Below are positions 23,190 through 34,100 of a stretch of 64,000 nt of DNA, in pieces. Every line of letters begins with the position of its first letter. The stretch's first letter is position 1. This DNA is from Mobula hypostoma (Eukaryota), in assembly GCF_963921235.1 (NCBI RefSeq), contig NC_086097.1, positions 160,520,001-160,584,000 of the forward strand, given 5' to 3'. The position numbers and the translations under genes were made by a program. The notes beneath the pieces are model-generated. The model made no database searches, had not been told where the DNA came from, and was given only the letters and a program-made list of their open reading frames with translations.

Positions 23190-26012
23190 CACAAATTCAA
23201 GATGGCGCCGCAGGCTGATACCGACCTGGCTCTCAAGAAACTGTACGAGACCATCAGCATCTTGGAGACTGCACACCCAGAGGCTGCCTTCATCGTCGCC
23301 AGTAACTTTGAGTGTCGCTGACTAAAGTCTCTCCAAAGTTTTGCCAAAACATCCAGGTGAGCACACGGGGAAATAGCATACTCAACCACTGCTACTCTCC
23401 CCTCTGCAACACTTACAAAGTGCTCCTCTGCCTTCTATTTGGAAAATTAGATCACTCCTCCATTTCTTCTGGTGCCAAAGTACAGGCAGCAATTGAAACA
23501 AGAGGTGGCTATAGTTAAAACCGTCCACTGTTGGTCCGACCAATCGGCCTCCATGCTGCAGGACTGCTTTGATGACGTCGACTGGAATGTCTTCCATGAT
23601 GAGGATGTCTCCGAGTTCACTGGGGTCACGAGTTTCATCCGGAAGTCCATCGAGGATATTTTCCCCCAGAAATCGGTCAAGGTCTTTCCAAATCAGAAAC
23701 CTTGGATCAACAGTTCCATGCAAGCAGCACTTACCGCGCGAGACAGAGCTTACATTGCCAGTAATCAACAAGAGCTCAAGAAATGCAGCTATGATCTGCA
23801 CAAAGTCATCAAGGCAGTGAAACAACAATACAGAGACAAGATTCAGACTCAACTTTCCACCAGCAACACACGTAGCTTATGGCAAGGTCTGCACACCATC
23901 ACAGACTTCAAAGCTAAATGCAGTGGAGTTTCCAACATCGATGCCTCTCTCCCAGATGAGCTAAGTCTTTTTTATACTTGATTTGATGTCACCAATACTG
24001 AGCCCCTGAGAAGGCCTGCAGATGATGCGACCAGCAGCTTGGTCATCTCTGAGGCTGAATTACGCAGTTGTTTCCAACGGGTGGACAGTCGCTAGGCTGC
24101 AGGACCAGACGGCATCCCAGGGCGAGTACTCAGGAGTGTCTGTGGCACAACTGGCAGGTGTGTTTACAGACATTTTTAATCCTCCCCTCTCCCAGTGTAG
24201 AGTGCCCTCCTGTTTCAAAACATCCACCATTGTCCCTGTACCTAAAAAGACCAAGGTAACATGTCTGAATGACTGGTGTCCTGTCACACTCACCTCAATA
24301 ATAAGCAAATACTTTGAGAGGCTGGTCACGGATTGCATCTGCTGCCACCCACACTGGACCCCTACAATTCATCTACTGACACAACCGATCAACAGGTGAC
24401 ACAACAGCCACTGCTCTACACACCATCCTTACACATCTGGAGAAGAGGGATGCTTATGTGAGAATGCTGTTCTTGGACTACAGTTCAGCACTCAACAGCA
24501 TAATTCCCTCCAGGCTCGACAAGAAGTTGAGAAACCTCGGCCTTCACCCTGCTTTGTGTAACTGTATCCTTGACTTTCTGTCAGATCGCCAGCAGGTGGA
24601 AAGAGTGGGCTCCCTCACCTCTGCCCCTCTGACCCTCAACACAGGTGCCCATCAGGGCTGTGTACTAAGCCCCCTACTTTACTCTTGTATACCTATGACT
24701 GTGTTGCCACCCACAGTTCCAATCTGCTAATTAAATTTGCTGACAAAGAAGGTTCACCAGATTGATTCCTGGGATGGCAGGACTTTCATATGATGAAGGA
24801 TTGGATCGACTAGGCTTATGTTCGTTGGAATTTAGAAGATTGAGGGGGGATCTTATTGAAACATATAAAATCCTAAAGGGATTGGACCGGCTAGATGCAG
24901 GAAGATTGTTCCCGATGTTGGGGAAGTCCAGAACGAGGGGTCACAGTTTGAGGATAAAGGGGAAGCCTTTTAGGACCGAGATGAGGAAAAGCTTCTTCAC
25001 ACAGAGAGTGGTGAATCTGTGGAATTCTCTGCCACAGGAAACAGCTGAGGCCAGTTCATTGGCTGTATTTAAGAGGGAGTTAGATATGGCCCTTGTGGCT
25101 AAAGGGATCGGGGGTATGGGGGGAAGGCTGGTACAGGGTTCTGAGTTGGATGATCAGCCATGATCATACTGAATGGCAGTGTAGGCTCAAAGGGCCGAAT
25201 GGCCTATTCCTGCATCTATTTTCTATGTTTCTATGTTTCTACGACACCACACTGATTGGCCTAATCTCAAATAATAATGAGGCAGCCTACAGAGAGGAAA
25301 TCATCACACTGACACAGTGGTGTCAAAAAAACCTCTCCCTCAACGTCGCAACAATCTAGGAGTTGGCTGTGGACTACAGAGGAATAGAGACAGGCTAACC
25401 CCTATAGATATCAATGGATCTGGGGTTGAGAGGATGAACAGCTTTAAGTTCCACGGCATAAACAATGCCGAGGATCTCACGTCGTCTGGTACATACTGGG
25501 CTGTGTGGTGAAAAAGACACAACAGCGCCTCTTTCACCTCAGACGGTTGAGGAGGTTTGGTATGGCCCCCCAAATTCTAAGAATTTTCTATAGGGGCACA
25601 GAACTCTACAGAGAGTGGTGCGGACAGCCCAGCGCATCTGTAGATGTGAAGTTCCCGCTATTCAGGACATTTACAAAGACAGGTGTGTAAAAGGGGCCTG
25701 TAGGATCATTAGGGACCAGATTCACCCCAACCACAAACTGTTCTAATTGCAACCATCTGAAATACGGTACCACAGCATAAAAGCCAGGACCAACGGGCTC
25801 TGAGACAGTTTTTTCCACCAGACCATCAGACTGCTTAATTCATGCCAATGCAACTGTATTTCTATGTTATATTGACTATCCTATTGTACACAATATTTAT
25901 TATAAATTACTGTAATTGCACATTGCACATTTGAATGGAGACGTAACCTAAAGGTTTTTACTCCTTGTGTATATGAAGAATATAAGTAATAAAGTCAATT
26001 CAGTTCAATTCT
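23190..26012 (+). mobile_element. Rex1/Babar-clade LINE (APE endonuclease C-half plus RT)
   Basis: [73 protein letters not shown]; (attca)-like tail. Confidence 0.93.
24745..25240 (+). mobile_element. Young 5'-truncated CR1 inserted in the Rex1 FADD motif
   Basis: Open C-terminal ORF (LRGDLIETYKIL...FFTQRVVNLWNSLP) and (ttctatgt)3 tail. Confidence 0.95.
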
Positions 26013-26682
26013 ATTCTTGCAAGGAACTGCTGAAATTGATGTGGATGGGCAAAGGAGATGATTTGTTACATCTGTGGCCTCTCAGGACATTGTTGGAGAC
26101 AGTGTCCTGAAAAGAGATGATGGTGTGGCATAAATACTTTTATGCTACCAGCTGTGTGTCTCTCGAATGGCTTTCATTGACAGTCACAGCATTTAATCCC
26201 CTACACAGTGGAGATTGCATCTGATGTCATCTGGAGACAACACATTGATCAGCTGAGGACAGCAGAGTCAATTGTTCGAGAAGAACAGTGAGCAGATCTG
26301 TCAGAACTGTTTCCTGTAGTCTCAGAGTCAACTCCTACAACCAGCATTGAGGAGGGCCCAGAACATGAGATTGGTTCACAGGCCCCAGCGCCTGATATTA
26401 TTTTACATCCGCATATCTCGCCAGCCAAGCTGAGTGACCTCCTTTGTCAGGAATGACATTATCCCACAAGAGTAAAACATCCTTCACAGAGGTTAAATCT
26501 CTAGGCCTGAAAGGGACAATGTAAAATTTACTACGCTGTAGATGTTTGCATAGTAGTTGTGTTATATAGTATACTGTGTATATAGTAGAAATGCATTCTA
26601 TATTGAGTTGGAGTTTATGGCTAAGCAGGGAGGAGTGTTGTGTAGTTAATATTTCAATAATATTTGAATAATATTGTAAATA

Positions 26683-26749
26683 CTGTACTGTGCCAAGGTC
26701 TTAGGCACCCTAGCTATATATATGTGCTTAAGACTTTTGTATAGTACTG
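26683..26749. mobile_element. Tc1-like mini-MITE (67 bp) in the Gypsy 3' LTR
   Basis: Same palindromic unit as 10517-10583; inserted at a TA; absent from the homologous LTRs at 15404 and 52524. Confidence 0.88.
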
Positions 26750-27554
26750 CATATTGTTGAATTAAGCATTCTTTGTTGTTTACATAATGCATTGTGGGCT
26801 ATATGTAAAAGTACGTGAATGGCATATGTCATCACACTACGACGTCATACATGCATGCCTCGCCTGAAGTATAAAAACTTAAAGGCACACATTCCCAGCT
26901 CTGCGTTTATGCTTTCAATTAGTTTCATATTTTGGAGTTACAAAGCATAAGAGTTTATAGTATTGATGACTTCATAATTGATTATGGTTCTGGTTGTGTT
27001 AATTTAGTTAAGATGCATATCCATTGAGAAACAACAGTCAAAATGCGAAAAATAAGGGAGAGCCAGGAAGAAACATATTGGAAAACTAAAACAAGAGGAA
27101 GTGACTCTGCAATCCTTCCACGGCATGTTAAACAGACAAAGTGCAGTACATTAATGCATGCTTAGGACAAGGAACCACCATCTCAAAACTTTGCTGTATA
27201 TATGGTCCAAGGTGTCATGTGCAAAGGAACAGCATATTTAACATGCTCAAAGCCTTTCCTCTGCTCGTTCCTCAAGAATGGAGCTGGCAGAGGCAATCAG
27301 GTGATTTGCAAGTCATGGGTCATAGGTCATTGTGAAGAGACATCTGTGGGGGAGGTTTGGGGCATCGAATGTGGAACAATTAGGATCACAACGATGGAAC
27401 CTGGCCATTGGTGATACTAGTGATCATTTTCTGGGAAGCAGAAGTGCAACCTGATGAAAATATGAATGGGCAGTCTCAGTCAGATCTGGGAAATGGATGG
27501 AGAGTCACAGTAAGTTTAAATTTAGAACTTTGTGATAGGCTCTACCGACTGGTA

Positions 27555-27620
27555 ACACACACAAAATGCTGGAGGAACTCAGCAGGCCAGGCAGCATCTA
27601 TGGAAAAGGGTGAACAATCC
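27555..27620 (-). mobile_element. Penelope pLTR tip
   Basis: acacacacaaaatgctggaggaactcagcaggccaggcagcatctatgg. Confidence 0.85.
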
Positions 27621-27799
27621 TGCCAACATAAGCCTCAAATCGCTGTGAGGAAGCAGAAATTATTTTGTGAAAATCTAGGCAACACCAGGCAAAACCTAAT
27701 CAAGGGGACAAACAATTCTCTTCTTGTAAGCAAAATGCCGAAGTTGAGCATTTGAAAAACTTTAACCATTAATTTTAACCATGATTCAGTCTGTGGAAT

Positions 27800-27968
27800 G
27801 CTGAGACCATTGTAAGATCAGGGCTTATTCCAGCCTGCATTGTGCTGCGAAGGTGTGCCAATGAAACATTAAACTAAGGTCATGTCTGCTTTGCCAGGTG
27901 GACATGAAAGATCTTATGGAATTATTTTCAGGAACTAACGAGTTCTTTCTGCATTCATTGCTAATACT
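27800..27968 (+). mobile_element. Deu-domain (SacSINE1-like) SINE remnant
   Basis: atgaaacattaaactaaggtcatgtctgc...caggtggacatgaaagatcttatgg resembles the Deu core. Confidence 0.65.
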
Positions 27969-27976
27969 GATTCACG

Positions 27977-28505
27977 ATAAATTGGTAAATTGGTTAATTA
28001 TTGTCATACAACTGTCCATATTACTGTACGAGGGAAACATTCAATAGTCTTATAACAGCAGGAGGCAATCGGTCCTTGAGCCTAGTGGTACGTGCTTTCA
28101 GACTCTTCTATCTGCTGCCTGATGGGAGGGGAGAGACTGTCCGATGGATGGGATCTCTGATGACACTGGCTGCTTTACTGAGTCAGTGAGAAGTGTCGAC
28201 AGAGTCCACGTAGGTGATGCTTGTCTCGTGATGGTGGACCAAGACAGGCAATTGGTGATGTTCACTCTTGGGAACTTGAAGCTCTCAACCCTCTCAAATG
28301 TTGTGTAGCTAGGAGCATGTGCACTACCCACCTGCTCTTTGGTTTTGTTGACATCGAAGGAAAGGTTGTTGTCATGTCACCATGTCACTAGCCTCTCTAT
28401 CTTATACCCCGATTCATCATTAATTGAGAAATGGCCCACTACAGCAATGTCATCTGCAAAGTTGTAGATGGAGTTAAAGGATGCAGTCATAAGTGTACAG
28501 GGAGT
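27977..28505 (-). mobile_element. Rex1-clade LINE fragments
   Basis: ERVESFKFPRVNITNCLSWS; YNFADDIAV antisense at ~28440-28470; tail aaattggtaaattggtt. Confidence 0.8.
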
Positions 28506-29102
28506 CATTGTGCATCATTTTGTTGTTATGCTCAATAAATTACTGGCTTTTAGCTTCAATGGTTGTAAGGTGCTTTCCCATCACTTCATTTATTGCTATT
28601 CATACTCTAAGTTGCACATTCACTAGAAACCAACAGATGGAGCTTGTGGCTTTCTATAGCCCAATACAATTTTAGAAAGCTAATCTGAAAGGCAGAGAAA
28701 GAACAAGGGGTTGTACAGAGCCTTAATATCTCCGTTAAAAGATCAATTCATTTTCCATGCCTGGAATTACTTAAAATTCCATTCATTATTATTGCATGGC
28801 TAAAAACAGAAGTGACTATGCACGGCAGAAGAACTGAATTTAGGACTTTATTCAATGGAGTGCAGAAGAATGATGATCTTATAGAGGTATGCAAAATTAT
28901 GAAAGGTATAGATAAATTGAATTATGAAGCCTTTTTCCTCTCAGAATCTCTAGATGGGTACAGCTCCAACAACTCTCAACAAACTTGCCACCATCCAGGA
29001 CCAGTCAGTCCATTTGATTTGCACACTATCTAAATCAGCAAGTGTTCCTCCATCACCAGTGCTCCACAGCTGCATTTCCAAAATGCATTGCACGAACCTC
29101 TC

Positions 29103-29245
29103 ATAGACATAAAAATTAGGAGCAGGAAATGGGCACTTCAAGCCTGCTCTGCCATTCATCAAGGTCATGCCAATCTTGTACCTCAGCACAATATCCCTGT
29201 TATAACTTCATGTCCCTTTTCCCTTAATATCCAGAAATCTGGTTA
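29103..29245 (-). mobile_element. CR1 3' tip (a small + CR1 piece lies at ~28850-28945)
   Basis: catagacataaaaattaggagcagga...agcctgctctgccattc. Confidence 0.65.
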
Positions 29246-29890
29246 AAGAGCAGTAGCGGGACCCTTTTCTGAAAGTTTACAGGATACACAAGAGATTCTC
29301 TTCCAGGAGATTAGATGTAGTAATAATTCTACAAAGTGCAAGAGTAGGACTCTTTTCTGGCTGATTTCTCCATCGTGAGAACCATCATATATGAGGCAAC
29401 CTTTATGTTTCAGGAGTGTTTTGAAAGGACTAAATCGTGAATGTTCAAGGAGGCCAGCACACAAGGAGAAATCACAGACCTTGAGAATATGCCTCATTTG
29501 TTACCCGCTATCGTCATGGTCCTGTCTGGCAATTCCCCATCTTGCTATTACCTCCTTAATTGGGCCTTAATCCCCTCATCTGATTTCCAATCATTCCCAG
29601 TTCTACTAATTACAGAACACCTGGTTCCCATTAATAAACATAGGATAAAACTCGGGCAGCACAGTCATGCTTTGCCAGTTTGTTGGTTGACTCTAGTGTG
29701 AGTAAACCTAGTTTCCTGACTCCTTGGGACTGCCAAATCTAAGCTCCGCATCATTTCCTGGATACTCTATGTAAACCTTGTCTCTGTGTAAAGGCTCTCC
29801 TGGATACCGGTTCCCCGTTTGCGGCGGTACTAATGCCTCACGACTCTGCCTCCGCACTTGTGTCCTGCACTTAGGTTTGTCCTTGCAACA

Positions 29891-29906
29891 GAACGAACTG
29901 GCCAAG
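29891..29906 (+). promoter_or_regulatory. Self-priming PBS complementary to LTR segment 29670-29684
   Basis: gaacgaactggccaag can pair with ctttgccagtttgtt, about 25 nt downstream of the TATA-like gataaaa. Confidence 0.75.
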
Positions 29907-29907
29907 A

Positions 29908-30936
29908 ATGAACCCAGTGGACATGGACCCTGTGCAACAGGCCCTCGCCAGTCAAGGCTACCTACTGAGTGCCCAGGACCAACTGCTCAGAGAGGTCATG
30001 GAAAACCTTCGTGAGCTGTCCATTAATGTGAGGAAGGTCAGTGAGCAGGTTGACCGGGTATCCCCTTCCCTTACTCCATCCCTTCCAAGAACCCCGACTG
30101 ACCAAACCGCACAAGTTGGGATGGCTACGCCCCTTGGATTGGCAATACAATCCCCTCGAGAGCCGTACATACCTGAACTGGAACCCTATGCTGGGGACCT
30201 AAAGAAGTGCCGGGCCTTTGTATTACAATGCTCTTTGGTCTTTGAGAAACAGCCACGTACGTACACCTCGGACAGATCAAAGATTGCATACATCATGGGG
30301 CTGTTATGAGGGGTGCCTTGGCATGGGCCACCATGATCTGGGACAGCCAACCAGAGGTCTGTTCCTCCTTCCCCTCCTTCATCTCCGAAATGAGGAAGGT
30401 CTTTGAACAGCCCATTTGCGGTAAGGATGCCGCTAAGCACTTGCTAACTCTCTGTCAGGGTTCAAGAAGCGTAGTAAAATACTCCATTGAGTTCTGAACA
30501 TTAGTGGCCAACTCTGGGTGGAATGACGAGGCACAATGGGAAGTGTTCCAACAGGGCCTCTCAGATAAGATAAGAGATGAACTGGCAGCGAGGGATGACG
30601 CGGACAGCCGGGACTCTGATCTCTCTAGCCACCAGGCTCGATAATCAACTTCAAGAGCATTTGAGAGAAAAGACCAGTCGCCCCACTCCTCAGGTCAGCC
30701 CACGTCCCACCTTACCATCTTCAGCCAGCCTCCCTTCCCCAGCTGCTCCAAGTATAGCTCCTACTCCAACTGTCCCCACTACCCTTGGGGAGGAACTGAT
30801 GCAGCTGGGACAGAACCGTCTCTCTCCTGCCGAACAACTTTGGAGGCGGAGAGCTAGGGATTGTTATTATTGCAGCCAGCCGGAATATTTCCGGGATACA
30901 TGTCCTCTTCAGCCAAAGGGGAGGGCTCACCAGTAG
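29908..30936 (+). pseudogene. gag: gag of the sushi-like element (stops at ~30307 and ~30495, one frameshift)
   Basis: PELEPYAGDLKKCRAFVLQC, SKIAYIMGLL, L.QGSRSVVKYSIEF, EELMQLG, decayed knuckle CYYCSQPEYFRDTC. Confidence 0.92.
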
Positions 30937-33900
30937 AAAGGGGGACCCTGGTGAGCCAGACAACACTCCCTTCAGTCCCCCAGACCCGGAGGCAGATCCC
31001 GGCTACCGTGAACTATCAACAACAGTCCCTGTCCCTATCCGCCTTGGTGGATTCAGGTGCTGAGGGAAATCTGCTGGACGAGAACATAGCCTCCCGGGCC
31101 GGAATACCTCGGGAGCCGTTAAGTACCCCTCTGGAGGCCCGGGCACTGGATGGAAAACTGCTGGCTCGGGTTACCCACTGTACGCCACCCCTGACCTTGC
31201 TTCTGTCCGGAAACCATCGAGAGGAGGTACGATTTAATCTCATCCAATCTCCTCCAGCTCCTGTAGTTCTAGGATATCCCTGGCTGAACCACAACAACCC
31301 CTGCATCGACTGGTCTACCGGGAGGATAGCCAGTTGGAGCCAGTTTTGCCACGCCACCTGTCTGCAGTCTTTCCCTGCCTCCGCACCGCCTGTATTATTG
31401 CGCTATTGACCTTCTCCCTGGGGCCTCGTTACCCACTTATCTTTATAACTTATCCCGACTGGAGAGAGAGGCCATGGAGAAATGCATTCATGAGTCCCTC
31501 GCGGTGGGCATTATTCGACCTTCATCCTCCCCAGTGGGCGCTGGTTTCTTCTTTGTAGAGAAGAAGGATGGGTCACTTCGTCCCTGTATTGATTACAGAG
31601 GCCTAAACAATATAACAGTTAAAAATAAGTACCCACTACCCCACATTAACTCGGCATTTGAACCACTTCATGAAGCCACCATCTTCTCGAAGTTCGACCT
31701 TTGTAGCGCCTACCATCTAGTCAGGATGAGGGAGGGAGACGAGTGGAAGACTGCCTTTAATACACCCTTGGACCACTTCAAATACTTGGTCATGCCGTTT
31801 GGCCTCAACAATGTCTCTGCCATTTTTTAAGCCCTAATCAATGACGTACTGAGGGATTTTATTAATCACGTCATGTTAGTCTACTTAGATGATATCTTGA
31901 TATTTCCTAGCAGCCCCCAGAAACGCATTCACCATGTCCATCTAGTCCTCCAGAGACTGTGGGAGAACAAGTTACTTGTGAAGGCGGAGAAATGTGAGTT
32001 CCACGTCCCTTCAGTCAGCTTCCTAGGCTACATCATCGAGAGCGGGCAGGTGAGGGTAGACCATGAGAAGATCCGAGCAGTGGAAGAATGGCCCAGACCC
32101 GTGACCCGCAAGCAACTTCAGCGGTTTTGGGGGTTTGCAAACTTTTATCGCCGATTTATCAGGGATTACAGTCGGGTGGCGGTGCCCCTTCCCCGACTTA
32201 CCTCGCCTACCACACCTTTTTGTCAGGACTCTGAGGCTGATTCAGCATTCACTGACCGGAGGAGGCAGTTCACAACAACTCCCATCCTCGTCCAACCAGA
32301 CCCCTCCCGTCAATTCATTGTTGAGGTTGACGCCTCTGACTCCGGGGTAGAAGCAGTCCTGTCCCAACAATCAAGTCCGGTTGAAAAGCTTCATACCTGT
32401 GCCTTCTTTTCTCGCCGACTGTCCCCCGCCAAGCAGAATTACGACGTGGGGAATAGGGAACTACTGGCGGTCAAGCTAGCATTGGAGGAGTGAAGGCACT
32501 GGCTGGAGGGGGCGGAACACCCGTTTGTTGTGTGGACTGATCATAAGAACCTGGGATATATTCAGATCGTCAAACGTTTGAACTCCCGCCAGGCCTGTTG
32601 GGAATTATTTTTTGGACGGTTCAAGTTTTCCCTCACATACCATCCAGGGTCCAAAAATGGGAAGTCGGACATGCTCTTCTGCCAATACAACTCCAAGGAG
32701 GACACTTCCAGCCCAGAGACTATCTTCCCACCATCCTGTGTGGTGGCAACCCTCACTTGGGAGATTAAGTCCATAGTAAAGAAAGTCCAACGGGATGACC
32801 CTGACCCTGACAATGGACCCGTCGATCTCCTTTTCGTGCCTGATTCCGTCAGGTCTCAGGTTATCCAATGGGGACACACATCTCGGTTCGCCTGCCACCC
32901 TGGGAGTGATCAGACCCTGGCTGTCCTGAAAAAACACTTATTTGGTGGCCGTCCATGGAGATGGATACCCATTCCTATGTCTCTGCATGTTCTGTCTGTG
33001 CCCGTGGAAGAGTCTCCCATCGGCCACCTGCGGGATTACTTTGTCCCCTACTTGTCCCTGGTCGTCCTTTGCACATCACCCTAGATTTCGTCACCGGTCT
33101 ATCGCCTTCACACAGAAACACCACTGTACTCACCCGTGGTAGACCGGTTCTCCAAGACAGTGCACTTTGTAGCCCTCCCTAAACTCCATTCTGCTCAGGA
33201 AACCACAGACCTTCTCGTCCACCATGTCTTCCGCCTCCACAGAATCCCTGCGGACTTTGTCTCCGATTGAGGTCCCCAATTCATCTTGCAAGTATGGAAG
33301 GCCTTCTGTCAAGCCTCGGGTGCCTTGGTCAGCCTGTCATCCGGCTTCCACCCACAGACGAATGGGCAAATGGAACGGGTCAACCAGGACTTGGAGGCCA
33401 CGCTACATTGTATTACAACCAACAACCCGTCTACCTGGAGTGACCACCTCTCTGGTTAGTACTGCCATCGGAAGGTCTCGCTTTGAGTGCTCCCTTGGGT
33501 ACCAACCCCCGTTGTTTCCCACGCAAGAAGAGGAGATTGTGGTGCCATCTGTTCAGGCCCGTATCGATTGGTGCCACAAGGTTTGGGAGGACACACGCAA
33601 GGCCCTGCTCAGATCAGCCGATCACAATAGGAGGATTGCTGATCGACACCAGACTCCGCCTGAGTATTGACCTGGGCAGATGGTGTGGCTTTCATCCAAA
33701 GACATCTCTCTCAAAAGCTCGTCTAAGAAACTTGCCCCTTGCTTCCTGGGACCTTTCAAGGTCGAAAGTATCATCAGCCCCACAGCAGTCTGACTTAAAC
33801 TACCAAGATCTATGCACATCCACCTTACTTTTCATGTTTCCCAATTAAAAACACTTTCCGTCAGCCGCTTGTGTCCTCCAACCGAAACCCCTCCACCTGC

Positions 33901-34100
33901 CCGGATTATCGACAACCATCCGGCATACACCATCCGGCGGCTACTAGATGTGCACCATTGTGGCGGGGGCCTCCAATACCTGGTCAACTGGGAAGTGTAC
34001 AGCCCAGAGGAGCATTCCTGGGTTTCCCGCTCCTTCATCCTGGACCCCTCCCTCATCCAAGACTTCCATCGGGACCATTCAGACAAGCCTGGAGGCTCCT
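30900..34100 (+). pseudogene. pol: pol of the sushi-like element (PR-RT-RNaseH-IN-chromodomain), disrupted
   Basis: [84 protein letters not shown]...[16 protein letters not shown]. Confidence 0.95.

Larger units (their letters stand above)
22002..26190 (+). mobile_element. gag: gag-only retroviral/LTR-type insert, split by a Rex1 LINE
   Basis: One frame 22429-23189 with stops, including MHR-like SNL*TIMSVV*TADEPAVDYADHKY*LY; CCHC knuckle CYICGLSGHCWRQC at 26064-26105; PBS-like TGGTATCA at ~22013. Confidence 0.75.
15404..26952 (+). mobile_element. Gypsy LTR retrotransposon (non-chromoviral family), decayed, host to many nested insertions
   Basis: LTRs 15404-15652 and 26636-26952. Near-TSD gttc/gttt. 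PPT aagcagggaggag. PR MELDTGSAISV (~17401), RT CYLDDIIVT (~18955), RNase H [47 protein letters not shown] / LVSDNRPQ. Confidence 0.9.

Noticed and set aside
29908..34100. Domesticated PEG10/RTL1-like gene
   Set aside because: Multiple stops and frameshifts, with both LTRs and a TSD retained: a dead retrotransposon.
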